Assembly (NCBI GenBank): GCA_965215335.1
Contig: CBDCDA010000001.1
Span: forward strand, 736,001-800,000
Length of the DNA stretch: 64,000 bases
Origin: an uncultured Candidatus Entotheonella sp.
GTDB taxonomy: Bacteria > Tectomicrobia > Entotheonellia > Entotheonellales > Entotheonellaceae
Reading direction: 5' to 3'
Under the pieces are notes generated by a model. That model did not search any database, was not told the origin of the DNA, and worked only from the letters and a program-made list of their open reading frames with translations. Made by a program: the position numbers and the translations under genes. Below are positions 9,121 through 20,313 of this stretch, one piece after another (the first letter of the stretch is position 1; every line of letters begins with the position of its first letter).

Positions 9121-10877
9121 GGCGAGTCAGGCATTTCACAAGTTATAGCCGCCCACGACTGCATCTCGTCGTGGGGATTTTCGGGCTCGGCTTCTTGGCG
9201 ATACTGGTACGGTTGACCGTTGTCCAGGTTGGGCAATACGCCTACTGGCGCGATTCGGCGGAAGCGCAGTATGGACGTCGGATCACCGTATCGCCCGTTC
9301 GGGGCAGCATTTATGACCGGCGCAATAATGTCCTGGCCACCAGTATTCCTGCCCCCTCCGTTTATGCAGTGCCACGAGAAGTCAGACAACCCGGTGTCAT
9401 GGCACAAAAGATTGCCGGCATCTTTCCTTCCCTCTCTCAAAGCCGCCTTGAGCGGCAACTCACCTCCAAGGCTTCCTTTGTCTGGTTGGCGCGTCAGGTG
9501 TCTCCGGAAGAGGCATCGACATTGGAAGCCCTGAAGCTCCCCGGCATCCGTATCAAGAAGGAAACGCGCCGGATTTACCCCAGGGGCGTCATGGCGGGCC
9601 CCACGATAGGCTATGCCGGAGTCGACGAGCAAGGTCTGGGGGGCCTGGAATATCAATACGATGAGGTATTGTCGGCACAGCCATTGCGTACCCGTGGAAC
9701 ACGGGATGCGCGTGGCCGGACCGTGCGCCTCGCCCAAGACGTCCATGCGGGGCCGCCGCGCGGAGCGGACCTTCACCTGACACTTGACATGCGGTTGCAG
9801 CACATCGCGGAGAAGGAACTTGCCCGGCAGGCGAGGGCCATAGACGCCCGCAGCGGCCTGGTCGTTGTCATGGACCCGTACACAGGCGGCATCCTCGCCT
9901 TGGCCTCCTATCCCTTCTTCAACCCGAACGATTATCGAAACAAAGAACAACGCCCTTGGCGGCGCAACCGGGCCATCACTGACCCAGTAGAGCCAGGCTC
10001 CACTTTCAAGGTTGTTGCGACGGCAGTGGCGTTGGAGGAGAAAACCGTTGATCTGGAAGAGGTTTTCTTCTGCGAAAAGGGCCGGACGATGCGAAACAAC
10101 CGCGTGCTGCGCGATCATGAGCCATTTGAGTTCCTCACCTTTCCGGAGGTGATCGAAAACTCGAGCAACATCTGCATGGCCAAAATAAATGAACGGATCG
10201 GCTCCGAGCAGTTCTACGAGTACATCAGGCGCTTCGGGTTCGGCGAGAAATCCCTCATTGACCTGCCGGGTGAGCACCCCGGCGGGATTCGTCGCCCGGA
10301 GGACTGGTCGGCCCTGTCGCACGATTCGCTGACGATTGGACAGGAAATCACCGTGACGCCGGTGCAATTGGTCGCTGCCTTTTCCGCCATCGCCAACGGC
10401 GGCTGGCTGTTGCGGCCGCGACTTGTTGACCGCATGGTCAGGGGCGACCTGGAGCAGGCGTTCAAGCCCGAGCGCCGCCATCGTGTCCTGTCGCAGCAAA
10501 CGACGAACCGTCTCACCTCGATTCTGGTCGGTGTCGTTGAGCGGGGCACGGGTGCCCAAGCCGCCTTGGGCGGCTACCTGGTGGCCGGCAAGTCCGGCAC
10601 CGCACAAAAGGCCGAAAACGGTCGCTACAGCCGAAGCAAGGTTACCGCTTCTTTTATCGGCTACGCCCCGGCTGAGGCGCCGCGATTCGTAATGCTCGTC
10701 ATGTTCGATGAACCGGAGAAAAAACGATGGGGCGGCTCGGCAGCTGCGCCTGTGTTCCGCCGCATTGCGGAACAGGCGTTGCACCATTTGCAGGTTCCGC
10801 CTGGCAGGGTCCGTCCGGAGACCGAAGACACTTACGTCGCCAACCGCACAGAAGAGCTGAGCCTGGCGGAGCGGTAA
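9117..10877 (+). CDS. ftsI: Peptidoglycan transpeptidase PBP3
   Basis: RGSIYDR, EPGSTFK, SSN and KSGTAQ motifs. Confidence 0.95.
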   Translation: MRRVRHFTSYSRPRLHLVVGIFGLGFLAILVRLTVVQVGQYAYWRDSAEAQYGRRITVSPVRGSIYDRRNNVLATSIPAPSVYAVPREVRQPGVMAQKIAGIFPSLSQSRLERQLTSKASFVWLARQVSPEEASTLEALKLPGIRIKKETRRIYPRGVMAGPTIGYAGVDEQGLGGLEYQYDEVLSAQPLRTRGTRDARGRTVRLAQDVHAGPPRGADLHLTLDMRLQHIAEKELARQARAIDARSGLVVVMDPYTGGILALASYPFFNPNDYRNKEQRPWRRNRAITDPVEPGSTFKVVATAVALEEKTVDLEEVFFCEKGRTMRNNRVLRDHEPFEFLTFPEVIENSSNICMAKINERIGSEQFYEYIRRFGFGEKSLIDLPGEHPGGIRRPEDWSALSHDSLTIGQEITVTPVQLVAAFSAIANGGWLLRPRLVDRMVRGDLEQAFKPERRHRVLSQQTTNRLTSILVGVVERGTGAQAALGGYLVAGKSGTAQKAENGRYSRSKVTASFIGYAPAEAPRFVMLVMFDEPEKKRWGGSAAAPVFRRIAEQALHHLQVPPGRVRPETEDTYVANRTEELSLAER

Positions 10878-10888
10878 GAGGTTGGCGA

Positions 10889-12418
10889 ATGGGCACACGA
10901 CGGCACAAACCGCAGACGGGGAGCAACACGGTTTTGGAAACGAGTCGTGATCTGGCAACCCTTCTATCCGGGCTTCCGTGCGAGCTCCTGACGGGCAGCG
11001 CGCATTGCCCGGTCGAGCACCTTGTAACGGACTCGCGCCAGGTGCAGCGGGACACTCTGTTTACCGCCCTGAGAGGGGGGCGTACGGACGGGCACCTCTT
11101 TCTCACCGAAGCGCTCGACAGGGGCGCCAGCGTGCTGGTCGTTGAGGAATTGCCCGCCACGCTGTGGCCCAGGGTACAGGCGGAAGGCCAGACGGTCATT
11201 CGAGTACCGGATTGCCGCCAGGCGGTAGCGATGCTGGCCAGCGCCTATCACCAGCACCCAGCGCACCAGTTGTCCCTGATCGGCATTACCGGAACAAACG
11301 GCAAAACCACCACGGCCTACATCGTCGAAGCGATCCTGCAAGCCGCCGGGGAGTCCGTCGGCATGCTTGGCACGGTGGCTTATCACATCGGGACGCAGCG
11401 CTTGCCGGCGACACAGACCACCCCCGATGCCCCATTGCTGCACGACCTGCTGTCTCAAATGGTCGCTGCGGGCACCCGTTATGCGGTGATGGAAGTTTCA
11501 AGCCATGCCCTGACACAAGAGCGCGTACGGGGCTGTCCTTTTGTAGCGGCCGCATTTACCAATTTGAGTCGTGATCATTTTGATTATCACGGTTCCGAAG
11601 CAGCCTACTTCAACGCGAAGGCGCGGCTGTTCCGGGACCTCGAAGCGGAGTGGCACGTCCTGAATCTCGACGATCCATACGGACGTGCGCTCCTCCGGAC
11701 GTCCCACGCCCGTCCACTGACCTATGGCCTCGCCAGTTCTACCCACCTAAAGCCCCATGCTGTCCACCATGGCCTCGACGGGATTCGCTTCGTTTTACCG
11801 ACTTCCGAGGGGCCTCTCACCCTGAGTTCTACCCTCGTGGGACGTCACAACATATACAACCTGCTCGCCGGCATCGGCATCGCGCAGGCTTTGGGTGTAG
11901 ACGCGGCGGCGATTCGACAAGGCGTCACACACCTCCGCAAGGTGCCCGGCCGATTGGAGCGCGTCGCCTGCGGACAAGATGTGACCGTGTTTGTGGATTA
12001 CGCGCATACCCCGGCGGCATTGGAGCAGGTTTTGCGCCTGGTGCGGGCCGACACCGTCGGCCGCTTGATCACCGTCTTTGGATGCGGCGGCGATCGCGAC
12101 CCCGGCAAACGCCCGCTCATGGGCCAGGCCGCAACCGCCATCAGCGATTACACGATCATTACCTCGGACAATCCCCGAACCGAAGAGCCCCAACGCATCA
12201 TCGACGACATCGTCGCCGGTCTGACCGTACCTTCGTCCCGCCATACCGCTATCCTCGACCGCCGCCAGGCCATTGAACAGGCAGTTGCCATGTCACGGGC
12301 GCAGGATACCATTGTCATCGCCGGCAAAGGTCACGAGGATTACCAGATCATTGGTCGGCAACGTTGCCACTTCGATGACCGGGAAGTGACACGCGCAGCC
12401 TTTCACAGGATAAAGTGA
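10889..12418 (+). CDS. murE: UDP-MurNAc-dipeptide:meso-DAP ligase
   Basis: GITGTNGKTT, MEVSSH, DYAHTP, DNPR (DAP-type) and AGKGHE motifs; start uncertain. Confidence 0.95.
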   Translation: MGTRRHKPQTGSNTVLETSRDLATLLSGLPCELLTGSAHCPVEHLVTDSRQVQRDTLFTALRGGRTDGHLFLTEALDRGASVLVVEELPATLWPRVQAEGQTVIRVPDCRQAVAMLASAYHQHPAHQLSLIGITGTNGKTTTAYIVEAILQAAGESVGMLGTVAYHIGTQRLPATQTTPDAPLLHDLLSQMVAAGTRYAVMEVSSHALTQERVRGCPFVAAAFTNLSRDHFDYHGSEAAYFNAKARLFRDLEAEWHVLNLDDPYGRALLRTSHARPLTYGLASSTHLKPHAVHHGLDGIRFVLPTSEGPLTLSSTLVGRHNIYNLLAGIGIAQALGVDAAAIRQGVTHLRKVPGRLERVACGQDVTVFVDYAHTPAALEQVLRLVRADTVGRLITVFGCGGDRDPGKRPLMGQAATAISDYTIITSDNPRTEEPQRIIDDIVAGLTVPSSRHTAILDRRQAIEQAVAMSRAQDTIVIAGKGHEDYQIIGRQRCHFDDREVTRAAFHRIK

Positions 12419-13839
12419 TCGCTATGCCGACATGGCGTGTTGCCGACCTCGCGCACTGGGCACATGGCGCGCTCCTCCGCGGTGACGAACGGCAAGAGGT
12501 GTGCGGCGTCAGCACCGATTCCCGCACGGTGGAGGCCGGCAACGTGTTCGTTGCGCTGCGCGGGGAGCGCTTCGACGGGCATGGCTTCGTGCCCGACGCC
12601 ATACAACGGGGCGCCACCGGCGTCGTGGTTTCCGACACGGCCTGCGTCAATGAAGCCGTGCTGAACGAAAGCGGAGCGGTTCCGGCCGTGGTCCGTGTCG
12701 CGGATACGGAAAAGGCGCTGCAGGACCTTGCCCTCGCCCACCGCCAACGGTTTCGGGGCTCGGTGGTGGCCGTGACCGGCAGCAACGGCAAAACGACCGT
12801 CAAGGAAATGATCGCCAGCGTTCTGCAGACCTGGTTTTCCGTCCACAAAGCAAGCGGCAATCTGAATAACCACATCGGGGTACCTCTCGCCGTGCTGGGT
12901 CTGGACGTACTGAAACGCGCCCTGGTGCTCGAACTTGGCATGAACCATTCGGGCGAAATCAGTCGTCTATGTGAAATCGCCCGGCCGGATGTTGGTGTAA
13001 TCACGAATATCGGCCTGGCGCACCTCGGCTGTCTGGGATCCGTTGAAGCTATTCAGCGAGCCAAAGGCGAGCTGACGGCGTCGCTGGATACGTCGGGAGT
13101 GGCGATTGTCAATGCCGACGACCCGATGGCCCTGGCCTTGGGACAACAATCGGCGGGACGCTTGATAACCTTTGGACAAACGCGGCACGCTGGCGTGCGT
13201 GGATGGGTGCAAGAGGACCTGGGGCTTGCCGGCACGCAGTGTTGTGTGGTTCTGGACGGCGTAACGCACGAATTCAGGCTGCACGTACCGGGGGCGCATC
13301 AGGTTATGAACGCGCTGGCGGCGGCGGCCGTCGGCATGGCCTTTGAGGTGCCGGCGGAGCGCATCGTCCGGGGTCTACAACATTATCGAGGCGTTCACGG
13401 ACGCCTGGCCATGCGCCGCGGACAGGAGGACGTGTGGCTAATCGACGATACCTACAATGCCAATCCGCAATCCATGCAGGTCGCCTTGCACTTTCTCGCC
13501 GGAATTCCCGGTGCCGGGCGTCACATCGCGGTGCTGGGCGACATGCTGGAACTCGGAGAGAGCGGCCCGGCATTGCACCGGGAGGTCGGCGCCATGGTCT
13601 CGCAAACCCACGTACATACCCTGATCGCCCTGGGCCCCGCGGCTGAACACATCGCCCGTGGCGCTCATCAGGCCGGGATGGAGCGCGACCGCATCCATCA
13701 CGCCACCAGCCAGCAAGAAGCCTTGGGCCTGCTGGCCGAACTGATGCAACCCCAAGACGTCGTACTGCTCAAAGGATCGCGTGGCATGGCAATGGAGCAT
13801 CTCGTTGAAGCCCTTGTTGCAAACCCGGGAGCGCCTTGA
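12415..13839 (+). CDS. murF: UDP-MurNAc-tripeptide:D-Ala-D-Ala ligase
   Basis: [24 protein letters not shown] and KGSRGM motifs. Confidence 0.96.
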   Translation: MIAMPTWRVADLAHWAHGALLRGDERQEVCGVSTDSRTVEAGNVFVALRGERFDGHGFVPDAIQRGATGVVVSDTACVNEAVLNESGAVPAVVRVADTEKALQDLALAHRQRFRGSVVAVTGSNGKTTVKEMIASVLQTWFSVHKASGNLNNHIGVPLAVLGLDVLKRALVLELGMNHSGEISRLCEIARPDVGVITNIGLAHLGCLGSVEAIQRAKGELTASLDTSGVAIVNADDPMALALGQQSAGRLITFGQTRHAGVRGWVQEDLGLAGTQCCVVLDGVTHEFRLHVPGAHQVMNALAAAAVGMAFEVPAERIVRGLQHYRGVHGRLAMRRGQEDVWLIDDTYNANPQSMQVALHFLAGIPGAGRHIAVLGDMLELGESGPALHREVGAMVSQTHVHTLIALGPAAEHIARGAHQAGMERDRIHHATSQQEALGLLAELMQPQDVVLLKGSRGMAMEHLVEALVANPGAP

Positions 13840-14924
13840 TGTTCTACCATGTCCTGTACCCGCTGCATCAAACCTTCTCCGCTTTTAATGTCTTCCGCTA
13901 CATCACCTTTCGCACCGCCTACGCCATCATGACCGCGCTGATCATCAGTTGGCTGATAGGCCCGTATGTCATCCGGCTGTTGCGCAGCCTTCAAGTGGGG
14001 CAGGTCGTGCGTGACGATGGCCCGCGGTCTCACCTCGGCAAGGCTGGGACCCCGACGATGGGCGGCGTGCTTCTCCTTGCCGCCCTTGGCGTGTCGACAC
14101 TGCTATGGGGCAACCTGGGAAAGCCATACGTCTGGTTGGTGCTGGGCACGACTTTGTGCTTTGGCGCTATCGGTTTCTGGGATGATTACCTGAAAACAAC
14201 ATGGAAAAGTCCCACCGGTCTGCGGGCGAAATACAAATTCGGCGCGGAAATCATCGTGGCAGGCGTGATGGTCGTACTCCTCCTGCTCATTGCGGACGAC
14301 AGCAGCGGCGTGACGCGCCTGAGCGTACCGTTCTTCAAGGACTTCGCGCCCGATCTTGGCTGGTGGTACGTCCCATTTGCCATCCTGGTTATCGTTGGCA
14401 CCAGCAACGCCGTCAACCTCACCGACGGCTTGGACGGCCTGGCCATCGGGCCCGTGATTATTGCCACCCTCGCCTATACGGGTCTTTCCTATGTAGCGGG
14501 AAATGCGCGTTTTGCCGAATACCTGAATATCCTTCACGTCCCCGGTGCTGGCGAGGTTGCCGTATTTTGCGGTTCCCTGCTGGGTGCCAGCCTGGGATTC
14601 CTGTGGTTCAATTCCTATCCCGCCCAGGTTTTCATGGGTGACGTGGGCTCTTTATCTCTTGGCGGCGCCTTGGGAACGATCGCGGTACTGGCCAAACACG
14701 AACTCCTCTTGATGATCATTGGCGGCCTGTTTGTCATTGAGACCCTATCGGTCATCGTGCAAGTGGCGTCGTTCAAGCTGACGGGGAAGCGTGTGTTCCG
14801 CATGGCTCCCTTGCACCACCACTTTGAAGAAAAGGGATGGCAGGAACCAAAAGTCATCGTCCGATTCTGGATCATCGCCATCACCCTGGCCCTGCTCAGT
14901 CTCAGCACCCTGAAACTCCGGTAA
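13839..14924 (+). CDS. mraY: Phospho-MurNAc-pentapeptide translocase
   Basis: [25 protein letters not shown] and APLHHHFE motifs. Confidence 0.97.
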   Translation: MFYHVLYPLHQTFSAFNVFRYITFRTAYAIMTALIISWLIGPYVIRLLRSLQVGQVVRDDGPRSHLGKAGTPTMGGVLLLAALGVSTLLWGNLGKPYVWLVLGTTLCFGAIGFWDDYLKTTWKSPTGLRAKYKFGAEIIVAGVMVVLLLLIADDSSGVTRLSVPFFKDFAPDLGWWYVPFAILVIVGTSNAVNLTDGLDGLAIGPVIIATLAYTGLSYVAGNARFAEYLNILHVPGAGEVAVFCGSLLGASLGFLWFNSYPAQVFMGDVGSLSLGGALGTIAVLAKHELLLMIIGGLFVIETLSVIVQVASFKLTGKRVFRMAPLHHHFEEKGWQEPKVIVRFWIIAITLALLSLSTLKLR

Positions 14925-14931
14925 GCCATCG

Positions 14932-16020
14932 ATGTTTTCAGCACGACGCACCGACCTGCCCCTGCTCGTCGTGACCCTCGTCTTGGTCACGATCGGCCTG
15001 GGAATGCTTTACAGCACAAGCGCCATCATGGCGCAGGACCGTCATGACGATTCCCTATACTTCCTGAAGCGCCAGTTGATGTGGTCCGGCCTGGGGCTGC
15101 TGGCAATGTGGCTGGCGGCTTCGGTCCCGTATTCGGCGCAACGGCGCTTGGCGCTGCCGGCCATGGGCTTTGCGCTGCTGTTGTTGGTCGTTGTTTTGGT
15201 GGCTGGCAAGAACGTTGGCGGCGCGCAACGCTGGCTGGCCCTCGGTCCCTTCTCCTTTCAGCCCTCGGAACTCGCCAAGTACGTCCTGATCATGTACGTG
15301 GCCCGCGTTTTAGCGGCCAATGCACACCGTCCGGAGAGTCTTGTTCATACTTACCTTCCCAATGTCATCATGATGGGCATCGTCTTTGGCCTGGTCATGC
15401 TGCAGCCGGATCTGGGTACCGCGGTGGTTCTGGTGGCGTCCGCCGGTTTGATACTGCTTATCGCCGGAGTACCAGGGCGATACGTGGCCCTCACGGCCGC
15501 CGGGATGTTGCCGTTCCTCTACCACAAGCTGTTTTTCGCCGGCTACAACCTCGACCGCGTATTGGCCTTCCTACAACCCTGGAAGGACCCGCAGGGTATC
15601 GGCTATCAGATCGTCCAGGCCCACAAGGCACTAGGGAGAGGAGGTTGGGCCGGCGTGGGGCTGGGCCAGAGTCAGCAAAAGCTGTTCTACCTGCCCGAAT
15701 CGCATACCGACTTCATCTTTGCGATTATCGGCGAAGAGTTGGGACTGGTCGGCGCCTTCGTGCTCATCGCGCTGTTTGGCGTGCTGCTATGGCGCACCTT
15801 GACTATCGCCGTCAAATGTAACGAGCCCTTCGGCGTCTATCTGGGACTCGGGATCTTCGTCTCCCTGGCCCTGCAGATCACCATGAATCTGGGAGTGGTT
15901 AGCGGTCTGCTGCCAACCAAGGGCATGCCGCTACCGTTTATCAGTCACGGCGGGTCGAATCTCCTTGTCTCGATGCTTGCCGTGGGCACCATGCTGAACA
16001 TCGCCGGAAGGAAAACGTAA
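14932..16020 (+). CDS. ftsW: SEDS glycosyltransferase FtsW
   Basis: GAQRW, QPSELAK, QPDLG, LPESHTDFIF and PFISHGG motifs. Confidence 0.95.
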   Translation: MFSARRTDLPLLVVTLVLVTIGLGMLYSTSAIMAQDRHDDSLYFLKRQLMWSGLGLLAMWLAASVPYSAQRRLALPAMGFALLLLVVVLVAGKNVGGAQRWLALGPFSFQPSELAKYVLIMYVARVLAANAHRPESLVHTYLPNVIMMGIVFGLVMLQPDLGTAVVLVASAGLILLIAGVPGRYVALTAAGMLPFLYHKLFFAGYNLDRVLAFLQPWKDPQGIGYQIVQAHKALGRGGWAGVGLGQSQQKLFYLPESHTDFIFAIIGEELGLVGAFVLIALFGVLLWRTLTIAVKCNEPFGVYLGLGIFVSLALQITMNLGVVSGLLPTKGMPLPFISHGGSNLLVSMLAVGTMLNIAGRKT

Positions 16021-17138
16021 TGACGCCCATGTCGGGTCAGCCGGGATGGCGAATTCTGGTAGCTGCTGGCGGAACCGGCGGACATCTCTATCCGGGCATA
16101 GCCGTGGCTCGATGCTTTCAGGCCGCTTGTCCCGGTACCGACATCGCCTTTTTGGGGCGGCGAGGCGGACTGGAGGAGCGCCTGGTGCCGAAAGAAGGTT
16201 TTCCTTTGCACACAGTAGAGGTACAGAGTCTGCAAGGCCGCACGAAACTCGCTCAACTCCGATCCCTGGGGGCTCTGGGTATTGGCACGCTGCAGGCCCT
16301 GCGGCTGTTGCGCCGCTGGCGACCTCACTTGGTTGTCGGGGCCGGCGGCTACGTCATGGCACCTGCCCTGCTCGCCGCGGCGCTGCTGCGCCTGCCACGG
16401 GTCATCATGGAACAGAATCTCGTTCCCGGCCTCACCGTGCGCGTTCTGGCGCGATACGCCCAGCGAGTGTTTACAGCCTTTCCGGAAAGCGGAGATTTTC
16501 TGCCGCAGCCACAGGTTGTGTGCACAGGCACGCCGATCCGCCGGGAAATCATCTCCCAGGCGTCGGATTCGGCACCTGATGACACGACCCGTCTCAACGT
16601 TCTCGTGATGGGCGGCAGCCAGGGCGCCCATCGGCTCAATCAGGCTGTGATGGAGGCTCTGCCCTTGCTAGCGATACACGGCCAGCAGATCGGTTTCGTA
16701 CACCAAACGGGTAAAACCGATCTGCGCCACGTCACCGAGGCATACAAAGGAAATGGTATCACGGCAGAGGTACACGGTTTCCTGCACGACATGCCAGAAC
16801 GCTATCATTGGGCTCATCTTGTGCTGTGCCGGGCCGGTGCCAGCACGCTGGCGGAACTGACGACTTGTGGCAAACCGGCCATCCTGGTGCCTTATCCCCA
16901 TGCCGCCGACGACCATCAACGCCACAACGCCCTGGCATTACGAGGACAAGGCGCGGCGCATGTCATTCTCGATGCGGAGCTGACCGGACAGCGGCTCTAT
17001 GAATGCTTGCGACCCTACATTCTTGATCCGGCAAGCTTGCGCGAGCAGGCAACGCAGAGTCGCCGTCTGGGCCGTCCGCATGCGGCTCGCGATATTGTCA
17101 GCGCGTGCTTGCAAATGCTCGACGCTGCCGCGGCGTGA
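16020..17138 (+). CDS. murG: Lipid II synthase MurG
   Basis: GGTGGH, GGSQGA, RAGASTLAE and DHQRHNA motifs. Confidence 0.96.
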   Translation: MTPMSGQPGWRILVAAGGTGGHLYPGIAVARCFQAACPGTDIAFLGRRGGLEERLVPKEGFPLHTVEVQSLQGRTKLAQLRSLGALGIGTLQALRLLRRWRPHLVVGAGGYVMAPALLAAALLRLPRVIMEQNLVPGLTVRVLARYAQRVFTAFPESGDFLPQPQVVCTGTPIRREIISQASDSAPDDTTRLNVLVMGGSQGAHRLNQAVMEALPLLAIHGQQIGFVHQTGKTDLRHVTEAYKGNGITAEVHGFLHDMPERYHWAHLVLCRAGASTLAELTTCGKPAILVPYPHAADDHQRHNALALRGQGAAHVILDAELTGQRLYECLRPYILDPASLREQATQSRRLGRPHAARDIVSACLQMLDAAAA

Positions 17139-17141
17139 GAG

Positions 17142-18530
17142 GTGTCTATGCTGGCAGATAAGGTGCGTCACATTCATTTCGTTGGCATCGGCGGTATGGG
17201 CATGAGCGCCATCGCCACCGTCCTGCTACAACTCGGCCACACCATCAGCGGATCAGATATAGCCCTGTCTGACGTAACACGCGGATTGCGGGATGAGGGC
17301 GCCACGGTGTTCCAGGGTCACGCCGCGCCTCATATCTCGGGATGCGACGTTGTGGTGGTTTCCTCCGCCATAGCACCGGACAACGTCGAAGTGACCGCGG
17401 CTCGCTCGCAAGGCATCACGGTGATGCCGCGGGCGGCGATGTTGGCGGAACTGATGCGTCGCCGACAGGGTATTGCCGTTGCCGGTACGCATGGAAAAAC
17501 GACAACGGCGTCCTTGATCGCCACGGTCCTGGAATCTGGAGGTCTGGACCCCACCGTGCTGATCGGGGCGCGACTGAACAGCCTGGGCAGTAACGCGAAA
17601 CTCGGCCAAGGCGACTACGTGGTCGCCGAGGCTGATGAGAGCGACGGGTCATTCCTTTTGTTGCCGCCGGTCATGAATGTTGTTACAACGCTTGACCTGG
17701 AGCATCCTGATCATTATGAGAATCTTGAAAGCATAAGTCGATACTTCAAGCAATTTATGAAAAAAATACCTTATTATGGACTGAATGTAACATGTGCCGA
17801 CAATTCAAACCTAAGAAAAATAATTAGCGACGATAAAATAAAGGCTCGTGTGGTGACCTATGGCTTGAATAATTCTGCTGACTACATGGCCCAAAAAATA
17901 TATGATGCGGCTCTGCAAACCTCTTTCGAGGTTGTCAGGAAAGGCGTGACGTTAGGTCGTTTCATCCTCAACCTTCCAGGACGTCATAACGTCTCCAACG
18001 CTTTGGCAGCGATAATCATAGGCTGCGAGTTAGGGCTATCTACGGCGGTTATTTCAAGTGCTCTCGAAAGTTTTGGCGGCGTGCAGCGACGTTTTGAAAC
18101 GCGCGGCGAGCGCCATGGCGTAACGGTCGTCGACGATTACGGTCATCATCCCGAGGAAATCCGCCACACGCTCCGGACTGCAAAAACGGTGTGGCCGGAC
18201 AAGCGCCTCGTCGTGGTGTTTCAACCGCACCGATACACCCGCACACACCTGTTGCAACGGGAATTCAGCACGGCATTCAGCGATGCCGATACCCTCATCA
18301 TGTTGGACATCTATAGTGCCGGCGAAGAACCTATCCCGGGTGTCACTACCGGCATCTTATACGCAAGTCTCACCGCACACGGACAAAATGGCGTGTACTA
18401 CCTCAGCAATGCAGCTCAGGTGGTGCCGTTTCTGAACGGCTACACACGGGACCACGACGTGCTTTTGACCCTCGGTGCGGGCGACGTATGGAAAATTGCC
18501 GAGGAATTCCTCGGAACGGGAAAGGCATAG
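17142..18530 (+). CDS. murC: UDP-MurNAc:L-Ala ligase
   Basis: GIGGMGMS, GTHGKTTT, EADESDGSF, DDYGHHP and FQPHRYTR motifs. Confidence 0.96.
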   Translation: MSMLADKVRHIHFVGIGGMGMSAIATVLLQLGHTISGSDIALSDVTRGLRDEGATVFQGHAAPHISGCDVVVVSSAIAPDNVEVTAARSQGITVMPRAAMLAELMRRRQGIAVAGTHGKTTTASLIATVLESGGLDPTVLIGARLNSLGSNAKLGQGDYVVAEADESDGSFLLLPPVMNVVTTLDLEHPDHYENLESISRYFKQFMKKIPYYGLNVTCADNSNLRKIISDDKIKARVVTYGLNNSADYMAQKIYDAALQTSFEVVRKGVTLGRFILNLPGRHNVSNALAAIIIGCELGLSTAVISSALESFGGVQRRFETRGERHGVTVVDDYGHHPEEIRHTLRTAKTVWPDKRLVVVFQPHRYTRTHLLQREFSTAFSDADTLIMLDIYSAGEEPIPGVTTGILYASLTAHGQNGVYYLSNAAQVVPFLNGYTRDHDVLLTLGAGDVWKIAEEFLGTGKA

Positions 18531-18531
18531 G

Positions 18532-19473
18532 ATGGGGTCAGCACGGGCATCGAAATGGAATCTCCCGGAACTCCTGCGCGCCATCCCGGTCCACAAGGCC
18601 TTTGGACGTCCTCTGGCCCCCTACACCTCGCTACGGATTGGCGGCCCTGTGGACGCACTGGTACAGGTCGACAACCTTGAAGCGCTCCGCCAGGTGCTAG
18701 ACGTAGCCAACCGTCACGAAATTCCGCTTTCCGTGCTCGGCGGCGGCTCCAACATTCTGATACGTGACGGCGGCGTCCGTGGTATCATGCTGTCGTTGCG
18801 CGGCGCGTTCCGTAGTTGCTGGCTGCAACCCAATGCCGACGGCGAAACGGCGGACGTGAAGGTGGGTGCCGGATACTCATTGTCGCGTTTGGCGATGCAG
18901 GTAGGCAGGCTTGGTTGGAGCGGCCTGGAATTTTCCTACGGAATACCGGGGACGCTCGGCGGGGCCATGGTGATGAATGCTGGTACCAGCCTCGGGGACA
19001 TGAGCGGCACATTGGTAGCCACGCGCATGTTGTGTCGGGACGGCGAGATATACGAATTACCGGTCAGTGCCGCGGGGCTGCGCTATCGTGCCTCCTCATA
19101 TCCGCCGGGGGCCGTCCTGCTGGAAGCGACCCTTCGGTTTCAGCGTGGCGACGCATCGGCCATCAGTTCGACCATGCGTGGAGGATACCGGCGGCGGCGG
19201 CAGACACAACCCCTCACATTGCCCAGCGCCGGCTCTACCTTCACAAACCCCCACGGGCGGGCTGCCGGGTATTTAATCGAACGCCTGGGATTGAAGGGCA
19301 CCCGCATCGGCGGTGCGCAGGTTTCGTCCGTGCACGCCAACTTCATTACCAACGTTGCCCGTGCTACGGCTGCCGATGTCGAAACCTTGATTGCTCATAT
19401 CCGGCACCGCGTTCAGGAAGCGTATGGCATCTCGCTGACCAGGGAAGTGCGTATCGTCGGAGAGAAGGGCTGA
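18532..19473 (+). CDS. murB: UDP-N-acetylenolpyruvoylglucosamine reductase
   Basis: RIGGP, GGGSN, IPGTLGGAMVMNAG, SAGSTF and HANF motifs. Confidence 0.95.
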   Translation: MGSARASKWNLPELLRAIPVHKAFGRPLAPYTSLRIGGPVDALVQVDNLEALRQVLDVANRHEIPLSVLGGGSNILIRDGGVRGIMLSLRGAFRSCWLQPNADGETADVKVGAGYSLSRLAMQVGRLGWSGLEFSYGIPGTLGGAMVMNAGTSLGDMSGTLVATRMLCRDGEIYELPVSAAGLRYRASSYPPGAVLLEATLRFQRGDASAISSTMRGGYRRRRQTQPLTLPSAGSTFTNPHGRAAGYLIERLGLKGTRIGGAQVSSVHANFITNVARATAADVETLIAHIRHRVQEAYGISLTREVRIVGEKG

Positions 19474-19476
19474 GAC

Positions 19477-20295
19477 ATGCCACTAGCCGCCGCCAGTCAT
19501 GTGCTGCATCAGGCACAACGCCGGCAGCTGCGCGCCAAGCGCTGGCTGCGCAGGACGTTCTTCCTGGGCAAATGCCTGGTGGGACTGACACTGTGCGCGG
19601 CCTTGGCATGGGGCGCGCACGGTGTGTGGGAACGTGTCGTACAGGCTGACTATTTCAAGCTGCGGACCATTCACATCGCCGGCAACGAAACGCTCTCCGA
19701 GCAACGCATTCGCTATCTTCTCGCCATTCCGGCCGATCATTCGCTGCTGGCAATCGATTTGCCACGCCTTGGGACGCGCTTGTCCCGTCATCCATTCATC
19801 CAGACGGTAGCCCTGCGCCGCCGCCTACCCGACACGCTGGAGGTTACCATTCAGGAACAATCCCCTGCCCTTGTCATACGCTCGCGTGGGCAGAGTCTGA
19901 TCGTGGATACCGAGGGCCACGTCCTGCGCGACTTCGATCCCGAAGAGGATAGCGCCCTACCGGAGCTGATTTTGAATCAACCGTACGCCTTGTCGCCCGG
20001 TATGCGCCTGGACTTGAAGGAGATTGAACGCGCCTTTGAATTGCTGCGCACCTACCGGGCGTCCCCATTGAATGCCACCATGCGCCTCCGGAAACTCTCC
20101 ATCTCGGCCTCGGGCGCCTCGGTGTGGAAGATAGAACCGTACACGTTCCAACTGCGCTTTGGCGAGGGGCAGGTCGTCTCCCAACTGGAGCGCCTGCCGC
20201 ACATCTTGACCTACATTGCCCATAAAGGGCTCGAAGTACAGGCCATTGACCTTTCATATCGAAACAGGATTATCGTCGTCATACCCAAAGGCTGA
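19477..20295 (+). CDS. ftsQ: Cell division protein FtsQ
   Basis: TM plus POTRA domain, RRRLPDTLEV, C-terminal IDLSY; position before ftsA. Confidence 0.85.
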   Translation: MPLAAASHVLHQAQRRQLRAKRWLRRTFFLGKCLVGLTLCAALAWGAHGVWERVVQADYFKLRTIHIAGNETLSEQRIRYLLAIPADHSLLAIDLPRLGTRLSRHPFIQTVALRRRLPDTLEVTIQEQSPALVIRSRGQSLIVDTEGHVLRDFDPEEDSALPELILNQPYALSPGMRLDLKEIERAFELLRTYRASPLNATMRLRKLSISASGASVWKIEPYTFQLRFGEGQVVSQLERLPHILTYIAHKGLEVQAIDLSYRNRIIVVIPKG

Positions 20296-20313
20296 CGCGT
20301 CAGGAGAAGCATT

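Noticed and set aside
9060..10958. Long antisense ORFs (also 3420-4445, 21547-22575, 28535-29737, 41660-42898)
   Set aside because: Shadow frames of well-supported genes in high-GC DNA, with no motifs.
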